Of a DNA stretch of 64,000 bases, positions 19,366 to 29,333 are shown in pieces (position 1 is the first letter of the stretch; each line of letters begins with the position of its first letter). The notes beneath the pieces were generated by a model. That model saw only the letters and a program-made list of their open reading frames with translations, had not been told where the DNA came from and searched no databases. Source of the DNA: an uncultured delta proteobacterium. Lineage in GTDB: Bacteria; Desulfobacterota; RBG-13-43-22. The stretch is taken from NCBI GenBank assembly GCA_963711835.1, contig CAVQFQ010000004.1:192001-256000 (forward strand). Direction: 5' to 3'. The position numbers and the translations under genes were made by a program.

Positions 19366-20062
19366 GGTAAAACCTTCTAACTTTTTTAAGATCTTCCCAG
19401 GCTTCTTTTTTAGCCTCAGGATTTCGGAGAAGATAGGCCGGGTGATAGGTCGCAATGAGCGGAATCCCTTGAAAAGTATGGGTCTTCAATCGCATTTGGG
19501 AAATCGGTTCCTTCGATTGAATTAAGGTCTGGGCGGCGCACTTACCCAGTGCCACCAGCAGCACCGGCCGGACCATTCGAATCTCCTCTTTAAGATAAAA
19601 TGAGCAGGAATGGACCTCATCCTCCTGGGGAGTGCGGTTTTCAGGCGGCCGGCATTTGACCACGTTGGTGATATAAACCTCTTCCCGGCGCAGCTCGATG
19701 GCCTTCAGCATCCGGGTCAGAAGCTGCCCGGCCGCTCCCACAAAAGGATGTCCCTGTTGATCTTCCTCAAAACCAGGCCCTTCGCCGACCCAAAATAAAG
19801 CCGCCCGTTCCGGGCCGAGGCCGGGGACCGCCTGGGTCCTGTTTCGGGACAAAGGGCACTTTCGACAGGCCCGGACTGCCTGGGCTATTTGCGGCAGGCC
19901 GGTAAAGAGGGTCTTCTCCTGTCCTAAGGTTTTAAGAAGGCCCCGGGCCTTTTCAGACAGGGGCAGAAAATGCCGTCCCCGCTGTTTCTCCAGGGCCATT
20001 ATTTCTCCGAGTTGAGCGGCCGCCTGGCCCAGGGTTAGGGTGTCGGAGGCGGGGGTGATCAC
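19349..20062 (-). CDS. Uracil-DNA glycosylase family 4 (Fe-S)
   Basis: CRKCPL, GEGPG, FVGAAG, NVVKCRPPENR, YHPAYLLR. Confidence 0.93.
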   Translation of the reverse strand: MITPASDTLTLGQAAAQLGEIMALEKQRGRHFLPLSEKARGLLKTLGQEKTLFTGLPQIAQAVRACRKCPLSRNRTQAVPGLGPERAALFWVGEGPGFEEDQQGHPFVGAAGQLLTRMLKAIELRREEVYITNVVKCRPPENRTPQEDEVHSCSFYLKEEIRMVRPVLLVALGKCAAQTLIQSKEPISQMRLKTHTFQGIPLIATYHPAYLLRNPEAKKEAWEDLKKVRRFYHEPTA

Positions 20063-21264
20063 GGCCTCTTCGACCTTTTAATCTTTACGATAGTGTCGAG
20101 AATGAAATGGGCCACTTCATCCTTGGTCAGTATGGGCAGGGATTTTGTCCTCCCATCGGGAAACAGAAGCAGAACCTGATTGGTATCACTGCCGAATCCG
20201 GCCCCGGTTTGCCCGATAGGATTGGCGACAATCAGGTCCAACCGTTTCTCTTTAAGCTTTTGCTGGGCATTCTTCAGGAGGTCTTCGGTCTCGGCCGCAA
20301 ATCCTACCAGAAATTGGGCCTTTTTCTTTTGACCCAGTTGGTAGAGGATATCCGGATTCTGGACCAGGGAGAGATGCAAAGCCGACGGCCTTTTCTTGAT
20401 TTTTTGGGGGGCGAAAGTTTCCGGACGATAGTCGGAAACCGCCGCTGCCTTAATGACGATCGAATTCGAAGGAAATGCCTTTAAGACTTCCTTTTCCATT
20501 TCCAGGGCCGTATTGATGCGGAGGAGCCGCACCCCTGCCGGAGACTCTAAATGGGTAGGTCCGCTGACCAGGGTCACCTGAGCGCCTCTCCTCCGGGCGG
20601 CCCGGGCCAAAGCAAAGCCCATTTTCCCGGTCGAGGGATTGCTGAGAAATCGGACCGGATCCAGGGGCTCCCGGGTGGCCCCGGCCGTAACCAGGACCTT
20701 TTCTCCCTGAAGATCCTGGGGTGAAACAAGGGTCAGGATCTCCTCGAGGATGGACTCCACCTCCGGCAAGCGCCCTTTTCCTTCCTGGCCGCAGGCCAAA
20801 AGGCCTGAGCCGGGCTCCAGGAGAACCCGGCCCCGGTCCCTGAGTCCTTTCATATTGGATTGGACCAGGCTATTCTCATACATCTTGACATTCATGGCCG
20901 GGCAAAAAAGTTGGGGTGCCGGAGAAGCCAGAAGGAAGGTGGAAAGGAGGTCATCACCGATCCCATGGGCCGCCTTGGCGATCAGATTGGCCGTGGCCGG
21001 GGCCAGGACAATCAGGTCGGCCCATTCCGCCAACTGGATATGATCCATGGCCCCCGGACGGTAGGCATCAAAAAGATCGGTATATACCCCCTGGGCTGTC
21101 AGGGCCTGGAAGGTCAGGGGGGCTATAAAACGCTGGGCATTCCGGGTCATGACTACAGCCACCTCGGCCCCGGCCTCAGACAGCCGGCGCAGCAGTTCCA
21201 CGGCTTTATAAGCGGCAATGCCTCCACTAACGCCCAGTACGATATGTTTATCCTGGATTCCCAT
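20059..21264 (-). CDS. coaBC: Phosphopantothenoylcysteine decarboxylase/ligase
   Basis: [39 protein letters not shown]. Confidence 0.97.
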   Translation of the reverse strand: MGIQDKHIVLGVSGGIAAYKAVELLRRLSEAGAEVAVVMTRNAQRFIAPLTFQALTAQGVYTDLFDAYRPGAMDHIQLAEWADLIVLAPATANLIAKAAHGIGDDLLSTFLLASPAPQLFCPAMNVKMYENSLVQSNMKGLRDRGRVLLEPGSGLLACGQEGKGRLPEVESILEEILTLVSPQDLQGEKVLVTAGATREPLDPVRFLSNPSTGKMGFALARAARRRGAQVTLVSGPTHLESPAGVRLLRINTALEMEKEVLKAFPSNSIVIKAAAVSDYRPETFAPQKIKKRPSALHLSLVQNPDILYQLGQKKKAQFLVGFAAETEDLLKNAQQKLKEKRLDLIVANPIGQTGAGFGSDTNQVLLLFPDGRTKSLPILTKDEVAHFILDTIVKIKRSKRP

Positions 21265-21310
21265 GAGTAACGGCGATCCTCATTGTTAAAAAGAGCGGTG
21301 TTGTATTGCC

Positions 21311-21802
21311 CTAGGCCCCATTCTGAGTCGGGATGACCCAGACTTCGACCCTGGTATTAAACATGCTTTCCTCGATGGTAATAACGCAACGTTTGTTCTT
21401 TTTTTCAAACAGCAAAACGGTTTTAGGAGGGAGTTTGAAGTAGCCTTTTAACTGCCAGTTGTCCTTGGCCATACTGTCCTTGAAAAACGATACGATGGAA
21501 TTGACCTGCACATAGCCGTCTAAGGCCAGGACCCCGGCTACCAGGCTGGGGGTCTGGAAGACCCGGGACTTTTTTGAATCCAGCGTCAGCTCGTTGGGGA
21601 TCTTCACATCTTCAAAATCATAATAACGGGCATCGGGGCGGTCTGATTTTTTAGCCCCGATCTGGGGTGCCGAGGGAACCGGGGTGGCGGTCGATTCTTT
21701 CTTTTGCTCCTGGACCACACTTCCGCAGCCGAAGAGGAAGCCTGCCAAACCCAGAATCAATATTACCAGACCCATGCCTTTTGCACATTTACTCAATACC
21801 AT
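21311..21802 (-). CDS. Hypothetical lipoprotein
   Basis: Hydrophobic signal ending in LFGC lipobox; AGGAG Shine-Dalgarno. Confidence 0.75.
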   Translation of the reverse strand: MVLSKCAKGMGLVILILGLAGFLFGCGSVVQEQKKESTATPVPSAPQIGAKKSDRPDARYYDFEDVKIPNELTLDSKKSRVFQTPSLVAGVLALDGYVQVNSIVSFFKDSMAKDNWQLKGYFKLPPKTVLLFEKKNKRCVITIEESMFNTRVEVWVIPTQNGA

Positions 21803-22058
21803 GTTCCTGCTCCTTTCTAACAGTCAAATTTAATTAGTGTTTTTTAGATAGCAGCCGACCCTCAATAAGGGCAAACTTCTTAAATTACTTATCATTCTCC
21901 ATCAGGGAAGTCAAGCGAAACCGATGCTTATGGTCTGCCGATTTAAAAAAGGGTTGTCCGGTAAGAATTGCGGATTTTCGACCCTTTCCGCCGCGGCGGA
22001 CTCGACTCCTTGAATCCTGGATCATCGCCAGCTTTTTTGGAGATGATCCAAATTTTCT

Positions 22059-22700
22059 CTACCAAGTCAATCCGTGAACAACTCCGTGGCAGCGGCAGGA
22101 GGTGCCGATAAAAAAAGGGGGTCGGGCCCTCAAGACCTCTTCTCTTATCCTTTTGAGTTCCTTAAAAGGGTATCCCCCCACACCGGGAGCCAGTTGCCGG
22201 CTTTCGATGATCTTCAAGCTGCCTTGCCTCAACTTTTTTTGGGTTAAATGCTTCCAGAGAGGCAGGACCCTTTTCTCTTGGGTCAGGAAACAAAATCGTA
22301 AGGGGGAAGGGCAATTATCCGGACAGGTAAAAGAGGCCCTGCTCAGATAAAGTCCTTTCCCCATCTTTAGGGCAAAAGGCAGATCCGAGCCTAAGACTTG
22401 GGGCGGAGAAATCGTCTTGACCTTTTTGGGTTCGGGGAAATTCAAGACCAGCCATTTCCAGGCCAGGTGGATCGGCAAAGAAGGGATGATCCAATCCGTA
22501 TTTTTTATGGCCTCCTGGTACTGAAATAGAAATTCGGGTCCGTCATGCAAAACTCGGATACCGGGGTGAGGTCCCTCCTCAAGCAAGGCCTTGGGGTTGG
22601 AATCCACGATCCAGATCCTGGCCCTCGGCCAGAGTTTCATCACCCTGGGCAGGGCCAATTTCCCGAATTTTCCGAATCCGACAATAAAGACCTGGGTCAT
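22059..22700 (-). CDS. Hypothetical protein: N-terminal Rossmann-like GxGxxG plus Cys-rich C-terminal domain
   Basis: IVGFGKFG; CPDNC..C and CRCHG; coupled to the upstream gene by an ATGA overlap. Confidence 0.7.
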   Translation of the reverse strand: MTQVFIVGFGKFGKLALPRVMKLWPRARIWIVDSNPKALLEEGPHPGIRVLHDGPEFLFQYQEAIKNTDWIIPSLPIHLAWKWLVLNFPEPKKVKTISPPQVLGSDLPFALKMGKGLYLSRASFTCPDNCPSPLRFCFLTQEKRVLPLWKHLTQKKLRQGSLKIIESRQLAPGVGGYPFKELKRIREEVLRARPPFFIGTSCRCHGVVHGLTW

Positions 22701-23539
22701 GGGCTGCTTCTGGGGAAGATCCCCAATACCGTCGGGAGCTTGGCCGCTCGATCCGGTGAAAAAAATCGTGCCGGCTCCAGGCTATTGCCCTGGCCTTCGA
22801 AGAGGTATTTGAACTGTTTTAATTGGATCTGCAACTGGGTGCGCGTCCCTCCATCCAGGTTGAGCACCAGCTCCAAACCGAGCGGAAGCTCCTTGAGATA
22901 ATGGCCCAGTCGGTAGAGAGTAAAATAGGGTTTTTCGGTAATGATCAGGTAGAGGATTCCCTGGCGGTCCCTGGCCAGGATGGTCCGGTTGGCTTGAAAG
23001 CTGCTCTCATTCACCCGGACCCGCCCCTTGGGATCCAGCAGGATGGGAAAGGATTGGATTCCCTGCTCGTAGGAGGCCATGAGCTGCTCGCTCTGGGGAT
23101 CTTTCAGGTCGATCAGGGTGGCCTTGGGCAGGGTCTCAAACCCTTTCTTAGGCTCGGCCAGAAACATCCCTTTCATCGCTTTGTTGTTGTAGGGACCGAT
23201 AAAGGTTCCATTTACCAGGATCCTTCCAGCCGGCAAAAAATTCTCCTGATAAAATCCCCCGTTGCACAGGATGGGCGCCCCGGTGGTTTGTTGCCATTCT
23301 TTCAGGGTCTTGGGCTCCCGGTTAAAAAAAACTCGAAAGGCCCAGAGCTCCGGTTGAAGGCGGAGGATCACCAGGGTGTCTAAAAGGGTCTCCCGGTTCC
23401 GGACTTCCCAGCGATAAAATGAAAGTCCGGGTGCCGGTGTATTCCAGGGGACTGAGGGAAGGGGCGCCTTATCTTGAGAAAAAGCACCGGCCTGGAGAAC
23501 CAACAGAAACAGAGGTAGCAGGGCAATGACACGTTTCAT
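22697..23539 (-). CDS. Secreted phosphodiester glycosidase (NAGPA-like) family protein
   Basis: Signal peptide from MKRVIALL, NGGFY, NRT, LNLDGG; start placed at 23539 to avoid overlap with the tRNA. Confidence 0.75.
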   Translation of the reverse strand: MKRVIALLPLFLLVLQAGAFSQDKAPLPSVPWNTPAPGLSFYRWEVRNRETLLDTLVILRLQPELWAFRVFFNREPKTLKEWQQTTGAPILCNGGFYQENFLPAGRILVNGTFIGPYNNKAMKGMFLAEPKKGFETLPKATLIDLKDPQSEQLMASYEQGIQSFPILLDPKGRVRVNESSFQANRTILARDRQGILYLIITEKPYFTLYRLGHYLKELPLGLELVLNLDGGTRTQLQIQLKQFKYLFEGQGNSLEPARFFSPDRAAKLPTVLGIFPRSSP

Positions 23540-23572
23540 AAGGTGAAAGGGATGGGCAAAGAAATAAAAATA

Positions 23573-23648
23573 TGGAGGCGGCAACCGGACTCGAACCGGT
23601 GAATAACGGTTTTGCAGACCGCTGCCTTAGCCACTTGGCTATGCCGCC
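23573..23648 (-). tRNA. tRNA-Cys (GCA)
   Basis: GGCGGCATAGCCAAGTGG...CTGCAAA...GGTTCGAGTCC...GCCGCCTCCA cloverleaf with encoded CCA. Confidence 0.97.
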
Positions 23649-23672
23649 TTCTTTTTGGGGGAAGAAATGAAT

Positions 23673-23747
<75 letters not shown>

Positions 23748-23757
23748 TCAAAAATAA

Positions 23758-23786
23758 AATGTAGTTCAAAAAGGGGATTTTGTCAA
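23758..23786 (-). promoter_or_regulatory. sigma70 promoter of the tRNA-Gly/tRNA-Cys pair
   Basis: Minus strand TTGACA, 17 bp, TACATT, about 10 bp before tRNA-Gly. Confidence 0.75.
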
Positions 23787-23810
23787 AGGAAAAATTGATC
23801 GCCCGGCGGG

Positions 23811-24386
23811 TCAGCCTTTGGCCCCTTTATCCATAATCATCGAATAATATTGATAAAAATAAATCAAACCCGACCAGATGGTCAAGACCAAGGCTATCCA
23901 GAGCAGGATCAACCCCCAGAAATGAAAGTCGATATTAAAATAGGTGTAGTGGAGCATCAAGGGGATGAGAGCCAGGGCCTGGAAAAAAGTCTTGCCCTTC
24001 CCCCAAGCAGAGGCCGCCATGATTTGGCCTTTGCCGGCCAGGACGGCCCTGAGCCAGGTAACCGCGATCTCTCTGGCAATAATCAGGAACCCCATCCAGG
24101 CCTGGACCCGGTCCAGGTCGATAAGCATGATCAGAGAACCGCCGATCAGCAGTTTATCGGCCAGAGGATCCAACAGCTTTCCGACCCGGGTGACCAGATT
24201 TTTCTTTCTGGCGATGAAGCCATCCAGCCAGTCGGTCAAAAAAGCCGCTGAAAAAGCCAGGGTGGCCCAGAAACTGGAACGGGGCTTGCCGGTATCAAGT
24301 AGGAAAAGGATCAGCGGGATGGAGGCGATGCGCAGGGAAGTAAGGGTATTGGGGATGTTAAGAAACGAAGGGTTGAGAGCGGCCAT
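23811..24386 (-). CDS. pgsA: CDP-diacylglycerol--glycerol-3-phosphate 3-phosphatidyltransferase
   Basis: PNTLTSLR, DWLDGFIAR..GKLLDPLADK; classic position next to tRNA-Gly/Cys. Confidence 0.95.
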   Translation of the reverse strand: MAALNPSFLNIPNTLTSLRIASIPLILFLLDTGKPRSSFWATLAFSAAFLTDWLDGFIARKKNLVTRVGKLLDPLADKLLIGGSLIMLIDLDRVQAWMGFLIIAREIAVTWLRAVLAGKGQIMAASAWGKGKTFFQALALIPLMLHYTYFNIDFHFWGLILLWIALVLTIWSGLIYFYQYYSMIMDKGAKG

Positions 24387-24401
24387 TAATGGATTTCAAT
24401 C

Positions 24402-25067
24402 TCACCTGGATGAAACCATTGGGACTTTAAGACGATTATAGAGTTGGGTCACTTTTTGGACATAATTTCTGGTTTCCAGATACGGCGGGATGCCGCGATG
24501 GAGATTGACCTTTTCCGGACCGGCATTATAAGCCGCCAGGACCAGGGGCAACTCGTTGTTAAACAGGTCCATAAGATACCGCAGGTAGCGGGTTCCGCCG
24601 TGGATATTTTCTCCGGGATGGAAAGGGTCGCTTACCTGAAGATCCCGGGCGGTCTGAGGCATCAGTTGCATCAGCCCCTGGGCCCCTTTGGGAGAAACAG
24701 CCGAGGGATTAAAGTTGGATTCCACCTGAATGACGGCCTGGATCAGTTTGGGATCGACCCCGTAGGATTGAGAAGCCTCGCTAATGTGGTTTTCAATGAA
24801 AGGCAGTTCGGCCTGGCTGGCTTTAACCAGGGGAGGAAAAGAAATTTTACGGTTGGCCCGGCCGGGTCCGGGAGACTGGCTTTTCTGGTATTCCCGCAAA
24901 TAGAGACGGTATTTGGTCTCGGTCGGGACATTGGTAAAGTGGATCACTCCCCCGTCGTCTTCGAATCGGTAAATATCCCCCTGGACCGGATCCGGGACTC
25001 CGGCAACCAGGAGCCCGAGGCTGAGAAACCAGAAAACGCTTCCGGATAGGGAGGATCGTCTCATCAT
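24402..25067 (-). CDS. SLT-domain lytic transglycosylase with N-terminal DUF4124-like domain
   Basis: IYRFEDDGGVIHFTN; VESNFNPSAVSPKGAQGLMQLMP; AAYNAG; ETRNYV. Confidence 0.9.
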   Translation of the reverse strand: MMRRSSLSGSVFWFLSLGLLVAGVPDPVQGDIYRFEDDGGVIHFTNVPTETKYRLYLREYQKSQSPGPGRANRKISFPPLVKASQAELPFIENHISEASQSYGVDPKLIQAVIQVESNFNPSAVSPKGAQGLMQLMPQTARDLQVSDPFHPGENIHGGTRYLRYLMDLFNNELPLVLAAYNAGPEKVNLHRGIPPYLETRNYVQKVTQLYNRLKVPMVSSR

Positions 25068-25717
25068 TACTTTTTCCCCGGAATCTTTTCCCAATCCTCC
25101 TTAAAGCGCTTAATCCCCATATCCGTTAAGGGATGATGGGCCAACTGCAGGAGGACCTTGTAGGGTATGGTAGCAATATCGGCCCCCATGAGGGCCGCCG
25201 ACAGGATGTGCATCGGATGGCGAATCGAGGCCACGATGATCTCGGTTTCGTACCCGTAATTATTATAGATCTCCACCGTCTGGTTAACAACCTCCATCCC
25301 CTCCTGGGATATGTCATCCAGCCTGCCCACAAAAGGGCTGACGTAACTCGCACCGGCCTTGGCCGCCAACAAGGCCTGGATAGGGGAAAAGATCAGGGTC
25401 ACATTGGTCGGAATGCCGAGGGAGGATAATTTCTTGACCGCCTTGAGTCCTTCCGGGTTCATGGGGATCTTGACGGTAATATTTTTGTGAATCCCGGCCA
25501 GAGACCGGCCTTCTTTGATCATTTCCGGAGCCGACTCGGAAATCACTTCGGCATTGACCGGCCCGTCAACCAGTTGACAGATTTTTTTAATCAGTTCCCT
25601 GGGCCTTTCCTTTTCCCTGGAAAGCAGAGAAGGGTTGGTGGTAACGCCGTCAACTAATCCGAGATCTACGGCCGCCTCAATCTCTTTGAGGTTGGCCGTA
25701 TCAATGAAAAATTTCAT
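25067..25717 (-). CDS. fsa: Transaldolase/fructose-6-phosphate aldolase family
   Basis: [38 protein letters not shown]. Confidence 0.93.
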   Translation of the reverse strand: MKFFIDTANLKEIEAAVDLGLVDGVTTNPSLLSREKERPRELIKKICQLVDGPVNAEVISESAPEMIKEGRSLAGIHKNITVKIPMNPEGLKAVKKLSSLGIPTNVTLIFSPIQALLAAKAGASYVSPFVGRLDDISQEGMEVVNQTVEIYNNYGYETEIIVASIRHPMHILSAALMGADIATIPYKVLLQLAHHPLTDMGIKRFKEDWEKIPGKK

Positions 25718-25744
25718 AGCTACCCCTTTTTAGAACCCTTCCGG

Positions 25745-26017
25745 TCATTCGGATGAAGGGTCGGTCTTTTTAAGGACTTTTTCTTTATAATGGTCCCGGC
25801 AGGCGGGACTGCAAAAATATTCCTTTTTTCCCCCCTCCAAATGCAGGACCAGGGAACGGCCTTTAGGCACATAGACCTTACAGACCGGATCCTCGACCAT
25901 TTCATCCTGAATTTCTCTGGGAGGGGCCTTCCTGGGGATCGTCTTAAACCAAGAGCTTCCCCGCAGAAGCCGGATAATGACATAAACAACAACAAAAATT
26001 ATAATCCATCTGAGCAT
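25745..26017 (-). CDS. Small membrane protein with YHS/TRASH domain
   Basis: N-terminal TM helix, EMVEDPVCKVYV...YFCSPAC. Confidence 0.75.
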   Translation of the reverse strand: MLRWIIIFVVVYVIIRLLRGSSWFKTIPRKAPPREIQDEMVEDPVCKVYVPKGRSLVLHLEGGKKEYFCSPACRDHYKEKVLKKTDPSSE

Positions 26018-26040
26018 GGTTGTATAGAAAAATGTTCCAA

Positions 26041-26537
26041 TCAATCAGGCATTTTTATCAAACCATTGTCCGAGGAAGACAAGGCTTCCCTCAATTCGGC
26101 TATGGTCCGCTTCAAAACCGGATGGCGGTAATCCGGGGCGATCTCGGCCATCGGTTCCAGGACAAATCTCCTTTTAACCATTTCCGGATGAGGCAGGGTC
26201 AAAAAGGAGCCATTCAGAATCAGCCGGTCATAACACAAAAGATCCAGGTCGATCACCCGGGGTCCCCATTTTACGGTCCGGCGGCGTCCCATGGCCTTCT
26301 CGATGCCCAGCAGTTGCTCCAATAGTTCTTCCGGGGCAAGGTCCGTTTCGACCAGCACCACCCCGTTGATAAACCACTCCGGATCCTTCAGACCGACCGG
26401 TTCGGTCAAATACCAGGAAGACCGTTTGAGCAGGGTAATCCGGGCCTGGTTCTTGAGCCGGTCCAGGGCTTCCTGACAATTTTTTTTTTATCTCCCCGAT
26501 TGGAGCCCAGACCGATAAAGGCCGGATAGGTCGCCAT
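26041..26537 (-). CDS. folK: 2-amino-4-hydroxy-6-hydroxymethyldihydropteridine diphosphokinase, frameshifted in an A10 tract (26480-26489)
   Basis: ATG at 26537 gives MATYPAFIGLGSNRGD; the frame breaks in poly-A; the downstream frame has SSWYLTEPVG, FINGV, WGPRVIDLDLL, LPHP. Confidence 0.88.
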
Positions 26538-27706
26538 TAAAAGCCCACTTTCTTCAGACGGGCTACGGCCTCTTCCAGCCGCTCTTCGGGCACGGTCAGG
26601 GAAATCCTGAAATACCCTTCACCCGGATCGCCGAAGCCGTTTCCCGGCGTAGTAACCATGCCGGCCTGCTGGAGAAGGTGGAGGGTGGTCCGGGTCGAAG
26701 TATAGCCCGGGGGGACTTCGATCCAGAGATAAAAAGTGGCCTTAGGAGGCTCAACCTTGAGTCCGATGGACCTCAGGCCTTGAACCATCAGGTCCCTACG
26801 GGCTTGATAGACCTTCCGCAGGCGCTCCAGACCATCCTGGGGGCCGTTTAGGGCCTCTATACCGGCGCACTGGATGGCTTGAGCGGCCCCGGAATCGATG
26901 TTGCTCTTGACCTGGCTCAACCCTCCGATCAATTCCTTATTTCCCACGGCGAAGCCTATCCGCCAGCCAGTCATATTATAGGTCTTGGACAGGGAATGAA
27001 ATTCAAGGCCTATATCCTTGGCCCCCGGGATCTCCAAGAAACTCATGGGCCGGTAGCCGTCATAGGATATTTCGGAATAGGCGGCATCATGGCAGACCAT
27101 GATCCGGTGTTCCCGGGCGAATTGAACCACGTTTTCAAAAAAATCCCTTCCGGCCACAGCCGCCGTGGGGTTATTCGGATAGTTGATATAAAGGAGCTTG
27201 GCCTGGTTGGCCGTCTCCTCAGAAACAAGGGATAAATCAGGAAGAAAGCCGTTTTCCCGGAGCAGGGGAAGGAAATGTGAGCGGCCGCCTGCAAAAAGGA
27301 CCCCGGTAAAATAGACCGGATATCCCGGACTGGAGACCAGAGCCAGGTCTCCCGGATTGATAAAGGCCAAAGGAAAATGGGCGATGCCTTCTTTCGATCC
27401 GATCAGCGTTACCACTTCGCTATCGGGGTCCAGCGCCACCCCAAAGCGTTGCCGATACCAGCCGGCTACAGCCCGGCGAAAGTCGTTCATCCCAGAATAA
27501 GAGGGATAACGATGGTTCTTGGGCTCCCGGGCGGCTTGAGCCAGACGATCCAGGATAGGAGCCGGAGTGGGCAGGTCCGGGTCCCCCACGCCCAGGTCGA
27601 TGATATCCACGCCCTTAGCTTGGACCTCGGCCTTCAGGCGGTCGATTTCCATGAACAGGTAAGGGGGAAGTTGTTTAAGACGATCCGACCTCTGAATCCA
27701 ATCCAC
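26537..27706 (-). CDS. dapL: LL-diaminopimelate aminotransferase (class I/II PLP)
   Basis: LPPYLF, GVGDPD, GSKEGIAH, NYPNNPT, SLSKTYNMTGWRIG; within the dap cluster; GTG start after AGGAG. Confidence 0.85.
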   Translation of the reverse strand: MDWIQRSDRLKQLPPYLFMEIDRLKAEVQAKGVDIIDLGVGDPDLPTPAPILDRLAQAAREPKNHRYPSYSGMNDFRRAVAGWYRQRFGVALDPDSEVVTLIGSKEGIAHFPLAFINPGDLALVSSPGYPVYFTGVLFAGGRSHFLPLLRENGFLPDLSLVSEETANQAKLLYINYPNNPTAAVAGRDFFENVVQFAREHRIMVCHDAAYSEISYDGYRPMSFLEIPGAKDIGLEFHSLSKTYNMTGWRIGFAVGNKELIGGLSQVKSNIDSGAAQAIQCAGIEALNGPQDGLERLRKVYQARRDLMVQGLRSIGLKVEPPKATFYLWIEVPPGYTSTRTTLHLLQQAGMVTTPGNGFGDPGEGYFRISLTVPEERLEEAVARLKKVGF

Positions 27707-27726
27707 GGTAAAACTCCTTTTCAATA

Positions 27727-27761
27727 GGCTATGAGCTATCAGCTATCAGCTTAGAGCTAAT
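27727..27761. repeat. Heptamer array (AGCTATC-like)
   Basis: GGCTATG AGCTATC AGCTATC AGCTTAG AGCTAAT. Confidence 0.75.
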
Positions 27762-28526
27762 TCAAACTACAAAATTGACCAGTTTCCCGACATTTTCTAT
27801 CTGAATTTCAATGGTGTCCCCTTGTTTCATTGGGCCGATCCCGGATGGGGTCCCGGTGGAAACCACATCGCCGGGGTGTAAGGTCATGATGTTTGAAATA
27901 AACCGGATCAGAAAAGGTATGGAAAAAATGAGTCGGCTGGTACGGGACGACTGGCGCCGCTCACCGTTCAAGTAGGCTTCCACAGCGAGGTCGCTGGGAT
28001 CAATATCCGTGGTCAGGTAGGGACCGATGGGGCAAAAAGTGTCAAAACCCTTGGCCCGGGTCCATTGCCCGTCTTTTTGCTGAAGATCACGTGCGGTTAC
28101 GTCGTTCAGGCAGGTAAAACCAGCCACGTAATCCAAGGTATCCGCCTCGGCTACCTGTCGGCAGGTCTTTCCGATCACTACGGCCAACTCGGCCTCGTAA
28201 TCCACCCGGGCTGAAGCCGCCGGATAAAGAATCTCTCCCAGATGCCCGATGATGGCGGTTGGGGGTTTGATGAAAATAACGGGTTCATCCGGAATGGCCA
28301 GGCCGACCTCTCGGGCATGGTCCTGATAATTGAGGCCCAGGCAGACAATCTTGGTCGGCTGGGAGGGCGGAAGAAAGGTGATCTCCTCAAAGCTGAATAA
28401 CTGGCTGGTCCCCTGATAAAAACCGAAAGGTGTCCCTTCGATTCTTTCCACGGTATGTTCCCCGACCAGAATCCCATAGTACGTCTCTTTTTGATAGCGG
28501 AATCGGAGGAAGGATCGCATAGCCAC
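27762..28526 (-). CDS. Fumarylacetoacetate hydrolase family protein
   Basis: KIVCLGLNY, DYEAEL, NDVTARD, KGFDTFCPIGP, TGTPSG. Confidence 0.92.
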   Translation of the reverse strand: MAMRSFLRFRYQKETYYGILVGEHTVERIEGTPFGFYQGTSQLFSFEEITFLPPSQPTKIVCLGLNYQDHAREVGLAIPDEPVIFIKPPTAIIGHLGEILYPAASARVDYEAELAVVIGKTCRQVAEADTLDYVAGFTCLNDVTARDLQQKDGQWTRAKGFDTFCPIGPYLTTDIDPSDLAVEAYLNGERRQSSRTSRLIFSIPFLIRFISNIMTLHPGDVVSTGTPSGIGPMKQGDTIEIQIENVGKLVNFVV

Positions 28527-29333
28527 CTACCCTTTCAACCCCAGGACATCCTGCATATCATAGAGACCGTTGGGTTGTCCCAGAATCCAACGGGCGGCCC
28601 GTAAGGCCCCCCGGGCAAAGGTATCCCGATTGTGAGCCCGGTGGGTAATTTCTAGGCGTTCACCCATTCCGCCGAAGAGGACGGTATGTTCGCCTACGAT
28701 GTCGCCGGCCCGGAAGGTCTGGATACCTATTTCATCGGGATTCCGCTCTCCGATGAGGCCTTTCCTTTGGTAAACGGCCGCCTTATCCAAATCCAGGCAG
28801 CGGGCCTGAGCCAGGATTTCGGCCAATTTCAAGGCCGTTCCGCTGGGGGCGTCCTTTTTCATCTTGTGGTGTATTTCCAGTATCTCCATATTGTACTCTT
28901 CTCCCAGGGTCGCGGCGATTTCCTTGACCACCTTAAAAAGCAGGTTTACACCGATACTCATATTCGGGGCCAGCACACAGGGAACCGAACCGGATAAGGC
29001 CTTGACCTCTTCCATCTCCTGCCCGGTAAACCCGGTACTGCCGATAACGATGGGTTTTTCCTTCCTAGCGGCCAGGCGCAGGTTTTCAAGAGAAGCCGTA
29101 TGAAAAGTAAAATCGATAATGACCTGGCCGCGCTCGATGATTTCCTCCAGCCCGGGGACAATGAGCAGGTCCATTTTCCCCAGACCCAGCCATTCCCCGA
29201 GGTCCCGGCGGACAGCAGGGTGCCCCTCCTTTTCAACGGCCCCGGCTACCTCCATATCCCCGCTTTCAACGATAAGAGGAATGATCCTTCCTCCCATCCG
29301 GCCTCCGGCACCGGCCACCAGGGTTTTTATCAT
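28527..29333 (-). CDS. dapB: 4-hydroxy-tetrahydrodipicolinate reductase
   Basis: GAGGRMG, IDFT, APNMSIG, EIHHKMKKDAPSGTA. Confidence 0.97.
   Translation of the reverse strand: MIKTLVAGAGGRMGGRIIPLIVESGDMEVAGAVEKEGHPAVRRDLGEWLGLGKMDLLIVPGLEEIIERGQVIIDFTFHTASLENLRLAARKEKPIVIGSTGFTGQEMEEVKALSGSVPCVLAPNMSIGVNLLFKVVKEIAATLGEEYNMEILEIHHKMKKDAPSGTALKLAEILAQARCLDLDKAAVYQRKGLIGERNPDEIGIQTFRAGDIVGEHTVLFGGMGERLEITHRAHNRDTFARGALRAARWILGQPNGLYDMQDVLGLKG

Noticed and set aside
21311-23648. Genomic island integrated at the tRNA-Cys 3' end
   Set aside because: I found no duplicated tRNA 3' end, no integrase and no obvious compositional shift.
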